DNA of 64,000 nt from the human T2T-CHM13v2.0 reference genome, Homo sapiens. The position numbers and the translations under genes were made by a program. Position 1 is the first letter of the stretch, and every line of letters begins with the position of its first letter. The notes under the pieces were generated by a model. It had not been told where the DNA came from. It did no database searches and was given only the letters and a program-made list of their open reading frames with translations. The stretch lies in NCBI RefSeq assembly GCF_009914755.1, contig NC_060931.1. One strand, given 5' to 3'. This document shows positions 1 to 16,390 of this stretch, in pieces.

Positions 1-27
1 AACCTACTTGTATAAATAGGCCGGGAA

Positions 28-970
<943 letters not shown>

Positions 971-2349
971 ATAAATAGGTCAGGAAAATGAATAAAGGGG
1001 AAAACAACCAACCAACCTTTTAGTTACAGCTTGATTCTCATTTCCCAAACTATCATAGCCTTAGTTTTACAAAAGAGAGGCTGACCTTGATTGTGCCTCA
1101 CTTAGGAAAATGACTACCTTATGCTAGTTAGAGAAGTGATAAGTCTCCAAGGTTTTATAAATAACAAAAGCAGATTAAAAAAAAAATAATAAAAGCCTGT
1201 ATTTTACTCCTAATGGAAGCACATTGAAAAACAGTGCCATGGTGTGCAAGGTTATTAAACAAGTACATCTAACTGCTGGAAAGTTGAAATCTCACCTCAC
1301 TGTTTGCAGCCAGCAGGCTTTCTCCTGGCAATCCCTGACTGTTTTAAGTGAAGACAGGAGAGGAGTTGCACAGCCAGCTTTCTCCATATGGGGTAAGGAA
1401 AAGACTGTGCAGAGGTAAAGTGCAGAATGCAAGTGCTTCAGGAAATGAGCTCCAGCTCTAGCTCTTCTTCATTGCATCAACATCAAATTTACTTGTAAAA
1501 TCAAGCAGATACTAATAAAGTAGTTGCTCACAGGAAAAATATATTGGAGTTTAATAAGCAATGCTAATAGTTAAGAACTCATAAGTATTATGAGGGACAG
1601 TCCGTAAGTTTATCATTTGGGGAGGAAAATGAATTTATATGATGTATGATAATAAAAGAGAGTTTAAGTGCAATAGGCATATATTGTGTTACTGTATTAC
1701 TTTGCAAAACCCAACCCCAAAATAGAACAATGAGCATGTCTTTCTTTTTCACATGTCTACATGTAGACTGGGGTATCTCTGTTCTGCATACAATCTGTGG
1801 GTGGGACCAGGCTGGAGGACTTCAGTTATATGAGGCATCTTTTTCTGACAAGTCAGGAGCTCCTAGGTGGATGGCTATAAATGAGAGACACTCCTTAAGG
1901 CCTTGTTTTGAGGCTGGCAGAGTCATTTCTTCCCGCATTCCTCTGGACAAAGCAAGTTACCAGGTCAAGCCCAGCTCCTATGGGGCGGGGCCAGGATGTA
2001 TGCTTTTCCATGGAGGTAGGGAAAATAGAGTAAATATTTGCCAAAACAATGAGCTCATCTGCCACATTTTTTTCCATAACTTAGAAAATGTCAGGAATTA
2101 AGAAAGGCAAAAATAAAAATCAGTGGTTAACCTACCTCCCAGAGATGATCAGGGTTCATCTTTAATGTATATCCTTCTTGTCTCTTATTTATGGACACAG
2201 AGTTTAGTGAGTGGTGGGAAGGCATTAATAAAAGGGTCATGGGAAGGGGAAAAAGTTTATCAGGAAAGGAAAAAGGGAAAAGATTGGGGCCATTCCCATA
2301 GCGTGGAGGAATATAATATTAGTTTCCTGTGTTTTTACACCTATCTCAC

Positions 2350-2530
2350 TCTAACTAGCTACATAACCTGGAGGTGCGTTAAGTAGCCTCTCTGAGCCTC
2401 AGTTTTAATTTGTAAAATGAGAATGATAATTTGGCCTTCCTCATGTGGTAGGTGTGAAGATTAGATGAGTTATTTCATGTAGATAGGATAGAACTTTGCA
2501 GTATGATAAATGCATAGTGAAAATTAGACA
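2350..2530 (+). mobile_element. MIR SINE fragment
   Basis: cctctctgagcctcagttttaatttgtaaaatgagaatgataat matches the MIR core. Confidence 0.75.
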
Positions 2531-3571
2531 CTATTCATAAAGATAATGTGTTGGGATTTATCTTATGAGTTGGCCTCTTTTTCTTAGGTGTGTACTTTTC
2601 ATACTCTGTTCTTTTGTGGGCAACCCAAGGCTTGTGAATAAAGATTGTCCCAGGAAGTGCTAAAAGCAGAAATAAAAGATTCAAAAAGAATGCTGGCATA
2701 ACGCAAGAGAGAAAGATTTGGATATATGACTGCAGTGGCAGGCCGCCTCCCAGAGGATCTGAGCCTAAATCAGTGGTCATTAAGTACTTTCTAAAACAAT
2801 TTTTGAACAACTATGTTTTCTTTTCCACATTTTCAACTTGACATCTAAGATTTTTCATAATGAGTTTAAATAAGTATATTTTTTGGCATTTGATAAATAT
2901 GAATGTTTTAAAATAAGGTTAACTACTCTTAAATATATAGCAAAATTTAAATATAAACATTCAAAACAATGCAACAATAATTTATTCCTTGACATTCAGA
3001 AATTTTACATCTTTTGCTTTTCCCCTTTAAAATCATATTTCCATTCCATATTTTACTATAACACTTTGTCTTAATTTAATCTATTTTATGCTTTATAAAG
3101 CCTTATTAATAATGCTACCATCATTCTTTGCAAAGTAAAAAACATGAAAAATGGAATATTTTCGGCTGAAGGGTTGTAAACATTAACTTTTTTTATCTTG
3201 GCTTGAGTCATCAGTATTATTAGTGTGCATCATAAATATAAAATTAATATTGCCATAAAATTATTAAACATTAAAAGTAAAATTGTACTAGAAATGCATC
3301 TCTTAATGAGATTAGTGGTATTTTTCAATTAGTTCTTGTCTCTGTGAATACATAAGAAATTGCTAGAATGGGACAGAGTTGTGCATGAATTGTATTATAA
3401 TTTTTGTTTCATTTTTATAGATATCAACATTAAGAAATTATCTTCACAAAAATCAGTGGAGAGGAATGAAAGGAAGTTTTATTTCTTTTTTATAAGAGTA
3501 CCACTCAAGTCTTTAAATGCTAAATATCATAATATTCTATCATCAGAAAGTAGTTTTTGGTTTTAAGGTAG

Positions 3572-3901
<330 letters not shown>

Positions 3902-4694
3902 TAGAAATTAGTTTTTATTGTAGACTGGTTGACACATCTTTGAAGGCCAAAATCACAGTAATATATCATAAAAAATTATTTTAGCCAGTTTTAATTAAAT
4001 CCCACTTCAAATTGGCAAAGCAAAGAATTGGAAACCACCTGACCTGAAAATTTGTTGCCTAGTTATTATAGTCCATACTTTCTCAATATATTAGGTGTAA
4101 GCCAAAATAATTTAGAAAGACATACCAAATAAGTGTAAATTATATCTGTTGCTCTTTTATTTAGAGGCATCATATTTAATACAATATACACAAAAAGGAT
4201 TAGAAAAAATCAAAATGTTATTTTATTATGTTCTTTTCAATATAATATTCTTGTATTAAATTTTTTTATTTTATATATTTTAGATATATTTTTTATCAAC
4301 ACTTTGGTGTTGCAAAATTAACATTTAATTTATGGAGAATGTCTACTTTATAACCTAATCAGCAAAGTATGCCCAACATTATCACAATTACATTCTGTCA
4401 GAAAGAAATGTTGACTTTTTGTTTCAATTTAAATAAAAAGCATTAATACACTTTTTAAGAGCTATTGTAAAAAACCTGTGAGGAAATAAATTGTGTTTAA
4501 AGTGATTGCTGTAAGTAGTTATTAATATTAAAATTATGCCCATCAAGAATAATTAATGCATTATGAAAACAATATAAAAATCAGTATGACTTTTAAATTA
4601 TTTAATTTGGAATAATTCAGTTAAATATTTAGTAAAACTGTTAAAATATGTAAAGCAAGAGGTGTAATATAAGACTTGATGATCCTTTAGTACA

Positions 4695-5217
4695 TGTGAT
4701 GGTTTATCAGCTACCCATTGATTTAATATTGTTGCATAACAACCACCCACATAACATCGGTTTCCCATCATAAATATTCATTTCTCACATATTCCTAGTG
4801 TCAGCTGATCTAGTCCAGACTGGACTTGGCGGCTCTTCCATTCTTTGTGAGGTTTCTTAACTTGTCTGGGAGTCAGCTGATCTAGGCTGGGCTAAGATGG
4901 TGGGCTGGCTTTTTCGCATATGTCTCTCATTGTTTTTCTAAAATGCGCAGTTTAGCCTGATCATATCCTTCACAAGGTGGTAGCAGAATCATAAAGTAGC
5001 AAGTGTTTCCAAACACTTAGGCCTCTTGAGGTTTAGGCTGAAAATTAGCATACCATTTCTCATTTTATTGGCCAAAGCAGGTCACAAGGCCAAACCCTGG
5101 GACAGAAAATTGTGCTGGATCACAAGATGAGCACACTGCATGGTTGCATAACTAACTAAGGACACAGATGCAGGAAGAAATAAAGAGAAGAGGCAAATAA
5201 TTCAGCCCACTACCACC
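4695..5217 (-). mobile_element. MLT1G/H-type ERVL-MaLR solo LTR
   Basis: gtcagctgatctaggctgggct and ttattggccaaagcaggtcacaaggccaaaccc are typical MLT1G/H antisense segments. Confidence 0.75.
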
Positions 5218-5724
5218 CTGGATTCTGCTTTTGGAAATAAATATAAATCAAATATAAAAATCAGACATAATTCAATTGAATTGATTAAATGTTATAATCA
5301 AAGTTTTCCTGTATGTTAAAAAAAGGAAAAAGAAAAGTATATACTTCTAAAATCTGATTAATCTGGCAACTTGCATTTCATTTTATTTTTTGTTAATAAG
5401 AGGCAGAAAATACTAAAACATTATAAAATAACACAAAATAAAATTTGTATAACTAGTAACTGATATCAATATTTCATTATACCTGACAAAATAGTTCTAA
5501 ATATCCTACCGAATAATGTGTACCAAATCTGAAATAAACTGTATTAAAGTTTTACCTCTGAGTTTTAAACAATATGTATTGAGAATATGTGACCTACAAA
5601 AATATTTCAGTTACAGTTAGAAGAATCAATATCACTCACCTATACTACTTAGGCTATTTGAAAGTTATACTCTTTCCAACTAAATAACATGTCTTAGGGA
5701 TAGTGTTGAAAACAAACTGCTTGC

Positions 5725-5778
5725 ATTAGGCAAGTGCTGTTTTTGCACTTACGAAAGTGCAAAAACACTTTGCTTAAT
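5725..5778. repeat. Inverted repeat / hairpin
   Basis: Perfect 13-bp arms tgtttttgcactt (5738-5750) / aagtgcaaaaaca (5755-5767), 4-nt loop, imperfectly extendable to about 25 bp. Confidence 0.9.
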
Positions 5779-7704
5779 TCACAACAACTTCTTTCTTAAC
5801 AGTGATGTATCCTTTGATACTGGTGGGGGAATAAGAAGCAGGCTCTTAAATAATTGTCTTTACTGCATAGATGCCACACTACCATATATCTGAATTCAGA
5901 GCATCCTAGCATGAGTCAAAATACCCATTTCTTACAGAAATACATTTAAGACAGGAATAGACTGGATGTATTAACTATTGTGACTTTAAAATGCAGTTTT
6001 TAAGTGATCAGGCATGTTTCCACCACTTGCATCTGATGTTTCTTTACTGAGATTAATTCTATGTACGTTTTTCCTCTCAAATACCTTTTCCTCCCATAGA
6101 AATTTTCCTACCATATAAACTTATTTCATTAAGTTCAAGCAGTATTTGCCTGGAATGTGTTTAAATGTGTAGATTAACTTGAGGTAGCTATTACAATTAT
6201 ACAATAGTGTTTTCCTATATCAGATTATGATATCCATATATTTACTTATTAGTAATTAATATTTATTAGCTATGCTTTGCCTCCTAGCCATAAATGCTTC
6301 ACATTTCTTTCTTAGGTTATTCTTTGATATTCTTATTTCTACTCTTGGGAATGAAAAGAGTTTTCAGTTATAATTACTAAGACTTTTTAATGGGAAAGAA
6401 TATTAGAATACATATTTCTGGGTTGTTAGCATTTAAATGATGGCCTCAGGTTTTTTTCATTTAGGGAGTTTTTAAATAAAGTAAACATTAATTTAATTAT
6501 ACTCTGAAATACATTTATAAGGTTTATTTTTATTTAATAATTTAGGTGGTATTTTAAAAGAGCATTCAAGCATTTTAAGTCATCCACTGCTAAATTTGCA
6601 ACGTCTTTAGTTTGAAAGGTCTCTGCTTTCTACTCATTATTTTGGGGTATAATGAACCATTCAGAATTTCAAAGATCTAGACTACTCTTTAAATTGAGTA
6701 TGTAGGTGCAATTAGATTAATCATGTTGTGTTTGGCTGGTTGCTATCTCACTCACTTATAATTCACATTGCCCATCCTTATAAAGATATTTTTTATCACT
6801 TTACAATTTAGAAAACATTCTGAATAAGCTTTGGTTAAAATTTTCCAAAGAATACAGGAGAGAGAAAGAGATAGCATGTTTATGTTTCTGTTCTTCTCCT
6901 TTTAAGATTTCTCTTCTACAATCACAATAAAATACATATCATGGGCATATATTTTTTGATGTACCTGAAAAACAAACTCAGATTTATAACCTCTGATTAT
7001 AGTAGGGAAAATTTATTTATTTAATGTGGTTCTAATTGTAAGACCATATGGGCAAGTGACTGTCATATAGAGATACAAAAGACAGAATTTTGCTTTAATT
7101 TTCATGCAAATAAAAGTGTTGTTTTAAATTATTTTTAATACAAAGATTGATATAACTAGTTGATCTTCAAAAAGTATTGTCAATTCTTCTCTGAAGTCAA
7201 CCACAGTAATAGAACAAAAAGAGGTGCAAACCATTACCAATCTCATTAGCAGTTACCTGACTTGGTGACTTGAAAATTGATGGCCAAAATAGAGGCATGA
7301 CTACTTTAATTTGCTCACATTCATCTTGAAAGTCAAAAGGACGAATGGACTATTTTCAAAAGATGGGAAGAGGCAATTTATCTCTGTTTATACCAAACAG
7401 GATATTTCTACCCATCAGCCCCTACACATAAAGTAAACAGAAATAAAGGAGATAAATGGGGACAAAACAAAATTGGGGTAGGAGAGGTGAGAAAAGATAA
7501 GTGTTTAAGTAAAAAATGACAGAGTGTTAGAGACAGAATTTTTAAAAGGAGGAATTTGGTGATTTTCCTTTGGTTAGATGGAAGATAAAAGGAAAAATAT
7601 AAAAGAAGAATAAACAGACATGTTGCAGTGAGCCAGAAAGACAAATACAGTTAAAGTAGAAAAAGAAATCTGTGGAACTTGAAAAAGAATTAAGTATTAT
7701 TACA

Positions 7705-8572
7705 GTTGAAAACTCTGAGTCCTTGATATTATTGGATTCTAACTCAGAGAATAATGTAATATCTATGATTTTGTGCTGATATAAACAATCAAATACATAA
7801 ATAAAAGAGGGAAAAGGATTATTTTTTCTTATTGAAGAATTTCAATTAAGAAATGTTGAAGGAATAAGGAAATGAATTCAAAATAGCCATTGAGAAAATA
7901 CCATAATAATAATTATTGTAGGCATGATCACCAATGGTTGCTAAGATTAGTGAGTAAATATTTGAGGAGAAATTGGATATTTGCATTACCTGATATATGT
8001 TTACCAAGTTCTTATTAATTACAAATTGGAAAAGTATGGAGAAACTCAAGACCTACAGATAGATCTTTAGCCAAATAATCACTAGTAATGTCGCTAATAA
8101 GACTGACATCATGTTCCTCTGATGTACATTGAGAAAGGCACAAAATCACTTCTGTAGCCTTCTTTCCAAACATACATAATCCCATAAAAAAGAGACAAAA
8201 CCAAGTGAGAAATATTCCATGAATTAACTGACCAATACTCTCCAATAGTATCAAAGTCCTGAAAGGCAATGAAAAGCTGAGGAATGCTCAAAGATAGGAA
8301 GAGACTAAGCAGACAGGATAACTAATTGCAACGTAGAACTTGGGATCAAATTCTGGAAGAGAAAAAGGTGACTAGTGGAAAACGCAGTAAAATTTGACAA
8401 GGTCTGTGTTTTAATTAATGGTAGTGTACCAATGTTAATTTTGATTTTGATCATTTTACTGTGGTTATATAAGATGTTAACATTAGGGGATGCTGGGAGA
8501 AGGGAATATAGAAATTCTATTATTTAGTTTTTTTGTTAAATCTAAAATCATTTCAAATAAGAGTTAAAAAAT
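7705..8572 (+). mobile_element. Old L1 3' end (L1MC4/L1MD-like)
   Basis: Characteristic 3'UTR: aaagtcctgaaaggcaatgaaaagctgaggaatg..gtaccaatgttaattttg..aaatctaaaatcatttcaaataa plus A tail. Confidence 0.75.
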
Positions 8573-10526
8573 AATCCTGGGCCTCAAGCAAAAATCGTAG
8601 ACAAAAATTCTGTTGTAGGAATAATGTACTGATATATTCATTTATTTGTTTGTGTTTGATGTTTGCTGATTTTTGATATATAAAGAGGCATTTTTTCTTC
8701 TATCTGAATGCTTTACAAGGTGTGACTAGGTCTTTGTTGGTCTTTTTTTCTCATGGGTGACTACAGGGCACTGAAATTCCCAGCTCCAACCAAGATTCTG
8801 GACTTCAGACTCGGCCACGTGATGAGGGGATAGAAGAGCGGCAACCTTCTGGCATCTCTGTGGATTTGGGCAATTATCAAACCTGTAACAATCATAATAA
8901 ATTCACGTGAAAGGCCTTTGCTTATTCCTCTGGCACCAGGCAATTCTGGATCCCATGTTACAATGAGGGTGTGGCAAGAGGAATATCCCCAAAATGTATT
9001 TAAATGCTCATCAAATGTCTGGATAGAGGTTTTAAAAGATTTAATTTGACTTAAAGAAAATAATATTTCTCTTATAGTCAAGATTGTGGATTAAGATTTA
9101 TACTCACTACTCCTCCTGAATCTTCTGTTAAATATTAAACAAAACAGTGATGAAGAAATACTCACTCTTCTTTTTTGGAATAACCTATGAAACAGAAATT
9201 CTCTGACTTGAAATTATGTTATTGCTAAATCCCACCACTCCAGACTTTGGAAAAATCTCTACTATTCATCATTTGGCTCAGGTATCTTTAAGTCAGTGGT
9301 TGCTCCATTCATTTTATTCTTATGAGATTTGGGAGAATTGGCAATTTCAGGATGAGAGTTGCCATTTTTGTAACTTTGAGGTTCAAATTGGTGTTTTTAT
9401 GAGACGCTGGTCAAACAGCATGAAGCACTTCAGTAACCTCTCTTCTCTACTTAGCAACCAGATGAATATCTTCCTCTTGTTTGATTTAGACAAGCAAGCA
9501 AACTATTAATTTACAAAGGACTTTAGTTTTCACTTGATTTCACCAAAGTTCAGAAAAGAAGCTCCCAGGGTACACTCCTATCACTACCAGTTTCTTTTTC
9601 TCCATGGTGCTTGAAAGTGCATTTCACGGAGGAAAAGAAGAGCTTGATAGATGGCTTATCTACAAAATAAATAACACAGTGTTTGCCAGCTGCTGCTGTC
9701 TTTTATGCCTGGGTAACCTGGATTTGCATTAGAATCCAGCCACAATTTAACAGCCTAATTTACGGTGCTTCCAAAAGACCTGATTTTTTTTTTTTTTTTT
9801 TTTAATTTCTTGGACTGATCATCCAAGTTCACTCTATTGCCACATTAGTGATTTAGAGATTTCCATTTTCCCCTTGAAATTGCCATTTTAAGAATTTATA
9901 GTTGTACCCAGAGTAAATATTCTTTAATTCAGCAAAGATAGTTTATAATTACTTTATTCCTGACTTACGTGGCTTTCACTGGGATTTGGAGTCACACTTT
10001 GATTCTTTGATCAGCACTTATTTCTAAGTTCTGTACAAACCGGAAGTTAGAGTTATACATTTGTCCTCTGAGTTTTAAGATGTAATATCAACACTATGGG
10101 TTAGAATATACATTGTCAACAACTTAACAGGAAAAGGCTGCAGTCTTGGCCATAAGACTTGCTGGTTAGTAAATTGAATATGTTAATATATATAAGACAG
10201 TTTGTCAATCAGAAATGAAAGCACAAGTATTTTACACTAAGCATGAAGTGTTTGACTGATTTAATTCTTCTTTCTCAGTTTGCATGGTCTCCAACATGTG
10301 CATAATTCCATGTTGGTCTATCTTCATTTCTTTGTTGATTCAGTCAATATGTGAAACGAACAACCTAGCAAGATAAAATGTATTGATTATCATCCTGTTA
10401 TACGCATGCCTTATGACTATCATTTCTCTCGGTAAATAAATAAAATGGCTATCAATTATTTTTCCAAAGTGCCTAAGAGTAAGGAGTTTTATTATATATT
10501 TAATATATTTAGAATGTATATAGGGT

Positions 10527-10560
10527 TATATATATATATATATATATACATACATATATA
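10527..10560. repeat. (TA)n microsatellite, interrupted
   Basis: Seen directly. Confidence 0.9.
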
Positions 10561-10749
10561 TGATTGTTCATATTTTGGCTTTCTGGCTTCTGCCTCAAGC
10601 AAATGTGAATGAAGCTTGGATACCTCTGGGTACTAAAAAAGGGAAGTTGTTCAGGTCATCAAAGCAACAGTTGTGATCCAGCCATCCTTACATTAAATCA
10701 CAATGCTGTATCACTTCCATGTTTATTATTTTACTGATTAGTATGGAAT

Positions 10750-10940
10750 AACAGCTCTGTGTTACTAGCGGTGTGATTTTAGGAAAGTTACCAGACTTCT
10801 TTAAACCAAACTTTTCTAAATTTGAATGAAGTTAATAATTTGTATCTTGTAGAGACACTGTTTAATCCATTATATTACTTAGAAAGTGCATGGCACTTTA
10901 TTTGGAAGCATAATAAATATTTAATAAGTGGTAGTAAATT
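10750..10940 (+). mobile_element. MIR fragment
   Basis: ttactagcggtgtgattttaggaaagtta..aaagtgcatggcac..aataagtggtagt. Confidence 0.6.
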
Positions 10941-11149
10941 AAAAAATAATGCGTTCAATGTAATGAATATGCTTATAAAAAGTCCATCACTTCTCACTGC
11001 CTTAGAGGTGACGACAAATCTAGGGGCATAATCTCAGAAAATTTGCGTGAAAAAATCAGGAATACATCTAATTTGCTTTATGGAAGTCCCCAAACCTAAA
11101 CACTAAAGGTAACATTATTGATTATCTGTCTCAGTCTCACCCACAAAGA

Positions 11150-12080
11150 AACTCCTACTAGAACTTCTTCTTGACTCTTTAAAACCTTTTAGTGACAGAG
11201 AACTGACCTTTTTATAAGGCCCATTCCTTAGTCTAATTTTGGGCAAACCTAACCATGAAGCTGAAATGTGTATCTTTGTTGTTGTTGCTTTTTTAAGAGA
11301 TGGGGTCTTACTCTGTCACTGAGGCTGGAATGCAATGGAGTGACCATAGCTCACTGTCACCTCAAATTCCTGGGCTCAAGTGACCCTCCTGAGTAGCCTC
11401 CTGAGTAGCTAGGATCACAGGCATGTGCCACCATAACCAGATTTTTTTTTTTAATCTTTTATAGAGACGTGGACTTACTATGCTGCCCAGGCTGATCTCG
11501 AACTCCTGGCCTCAAGCTATCCTCCTGCCTCGGTCTCCCAAAATGCTGGGATTACAGATATAAACCACTGTGCCTGACCTGAATGTATATCTTTGTAATA
11601 TCCACCCTTTGGTTCTAGTTGCCTCTAAGTAAGAATGATACAGATAATTATTTTTTAGAAACTCATATCATGTTCCTGTTAATTTTTGTTTGTTCCATGT
11701 TGACCATCCTAAGTTTCCTCAAATATTTCTCATATTTTTAAGTTGTTTTTTTACCTTTTAAATGTAAGATGAGGTTTCTCCACCTGAATATAATAGTCTT
11801 TAAGTGGTCTGATGATAGTGGCGAGCAATGGAAAAAATGGGACTTTTGCCTTCCACTCAAATTATGTGCTTCTGCAATTGCAGCCTAATAGCGAATTGAT
11901 GTTTATTAACTTCTTTCAGTATCCAATCACAAATGTTTGCTCATACTGAGCTTATAGTTTAAATATCTGCTATCAGGTTAGGTCTTACCTAAGTGCAGTA
12001 TCTGAGTATATTTTTAACCTTGATTATAGGTCCCCATGTTTATCTTAAATATCATCTTGATTGGTTTTTATAAAATCTAG
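11150..12080 (-). mobile_element. L3/CR1 LINE relic, interrupted by AluJ
   Basis: agtgacagagaactgacc..aggcccattcc..gctgaaat..tccacccttttggttctagtt resembles the antisense L3 3' region. Confidence 0.55.
11275..11579 (-). mobile_element. AluJ
   Basis: Diverged dimeric Alu with J features (ctcaagtga/ctcaagcta, atagctcactg); TSD tgaaatgtgtatcttt / tgaatgtatatcttt. Confidence 0.92.
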
Positions 12081-12232
12081 TATTTATTCCTTTCATACTT
12101 ATTCAGACCCAAGTATGATACATTTATTATAATATAATTCACAATATATTAAACAGAGTAAGAAAGTTGCTCTGACTCACCAAACTGTATAATAAATATG
12201 ACTTTAAAGAATTTATTGATAATAAAAAGTGC

Positions 12233-12686
12233 TGTTCATTGCAGCACTGTTCACAATAGCAAAGACTTGCAACCAACCCAAATGCCCATCAATGATAGAC
12301 TGGATACAGAAAATGCAGCACATATACACCTTGGAATACTAGGCAGCCATAAAAAGGGATGAGTTCATGACCCTTGCAGGGACATAGATGAAGCTGGAAA
12401 CCATCATTCTCAGCAAACTAACACAGGAACAGAAAACCAAACACCGCATGTTCTCATTCATAAATGGGAGTGGAACAGTGAGAACACGTGGACACAGGAA
12501 GGGGAACATCACACAGTGGGGCCTGTCAGGGAGTGAGGGGATAGGTGAGGGATAGCATTAGGAGAAATACTTAATGTAGACTATGGGTTGATGGGTGCAG
12601 CAAACCACCATGGCATGTGTATACCTAGGTAACAAAGCTGCACGTTCTGCACATGTATCCCAGAGCTTAAAGTATAATTAAAAAAT
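12233..12686 (+). mobile_element. 5'-truncated L1PA (PA7/8-like) 3' end, probably with a 3' transduction to about 12898
   Basis: End of ORF2 plus 3'UTR (gggtgcagcaaaccaccatggcatgtgtatacc..cttaaagtataa); TSD 12206-12223 / 12896-12913. Confidence 0.92.
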
Positions 12687-13081
12687 ATATATATATAAGT
12701 CTAAAAAAAGAATATTGTCAAATTAGTACTTACATTGTTGTCTTTTATAGTATGAGGAACTTATGAAGAATTTTCTTCTGTTCCTTTCAATTATGCTTTA
12801 GTGCAGAATTTAAAAAGCTATCTGTATTTTGTACGGTATAGTCCTTATTTTCCTCTCTCATTATCACAGGTATTAAACTTGAGTTAATGTTAAAAAAAGA
12901 ATTTGTTGATAATCTTCTAGATAAAAAAATTAAAGATAGGTGGAACATAAAATATCCTTATACTGAGATATATCTGTTAATTTTCTTACACATAAGTTGA
13001 CTTGACTGTAAAGATTCAATAGACATACAGGATGATTATTGAACAGAATTATACTTGATTTATTGTGATTCAGATAAAAAC

Positions 13082-13625
13082 ATTGGAATATTGTATTCTT
13101 CGAACAACATCTGACAATCCCTCCCCACCCCTGACTCCTGGTAACCACCATTCCATTCTATTTCTACGAGCTCACCTTTTTTACACTCAGTGTATGAGAG
13201 ACATCATGCAGTATTTGTCCATCTGTGCCTGGTTTATTTCACTTAGCATAATGTCCTCCAGGTTCTTTCATGTTGTTCCATAGGACAGGATTTCCTTTTT
13301 AAGGCTGAATAGTATTCCATTGTGTATATATAACACATTTTTTTAAATCCATTAATCTGTTGATAAGAGAAATAACTTAAAGAAATCTATTACATAACAG
13401 GTTGACCATAGCTGATAACAATGTACTGCATTATTGAAAATTGCTAAGAGAATAGATTTTAAGTGTTCTCACCACAGAAATGATATGTAAAGTAATACCT
13501 ATTTTAACTAACCTGAAATAACCATTTCACAGTGTATAAATTTTCAAAACAACATGTTTTACATAATATATTTTTGTCAATTAAGAATAAAATACTTTAA
13601 AAAATAAATTAATAAAAATAAAAAT
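13082..13625 (+). mobile_element. L1MA 3' end with 5' inversion (13082-13364 inverted, 13365-13625 sense)
   Basis: Antisense and sense pieces are contiguous in the L1MA 3'UTR consensus; A-rich tail at about 13600-13625. Confidence 0.8.
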
Positions 13626-13985
13626 AGTTAAATTCATCCATGTTCTGGATTCAGCATTTTATCAGGCAATAATGTCATTTACAAAATTTGAGTTTATAAA
13701 CAGATAATTACTAATATTTTAATGTTAATGTTTTTCATTGCAGCCTATAAAAATCTTATAATTCTACTAAAATCTCAGGTCACTGAAGTTCATTGGAATT
13801 ACATAAATTTTGCACATCTTTTATCACTATAAAATTTTTGTTTGAGGCAGAGTTTCTGTACAAAGAAGATGAGACAGTTTATTAAACAATCGGCAATGGT
13901 CATTTGTAGGAAACTTGGGCTTTCAGAGATTCTTCCATGTTATTGAATTTTAGAATTTAGTATTTGTGCTTTCTTAGACAAATTG

Positions 13986-15824
<1,839 letters not shown>

Positions 15825-16070
15825 TTACAGTGAGGCAAGAGCAAAGAAAGAAATTATTCCTCTCAATTTATGAGAATCTACTACAATTACTGATTTAAAA
15901 AACCATCAGGCTATCGAGAGTGTATCCCATAATTTTACTACTTGCAAAGCACCTAACGCAATTAAATACTTACCAACTTTTTGAATAAATGAAGTAAATG
16001 GGCTAAGTATCCTTTTCCTTGGCCCCCACCCCAATAGTCCTCCCAAATATTGATTAATCAATTTGGTTAA

Positions 16071-16390
<320 letters not shown>

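Noticed and set aside
1646-2101. 151-aa ORF, with a nearby TATA-like (1877) and GC box (1982-1991)
   Set aside because: No recognisable homology or coding bias; the motif order does not form a convincing promoter.
8761-9081. 106-aa minus ORF and plus-strand frame GTEIPSSNQD..NKFT* after ctacag
   Set aside because: No recognisable protein and no partner coding exons.
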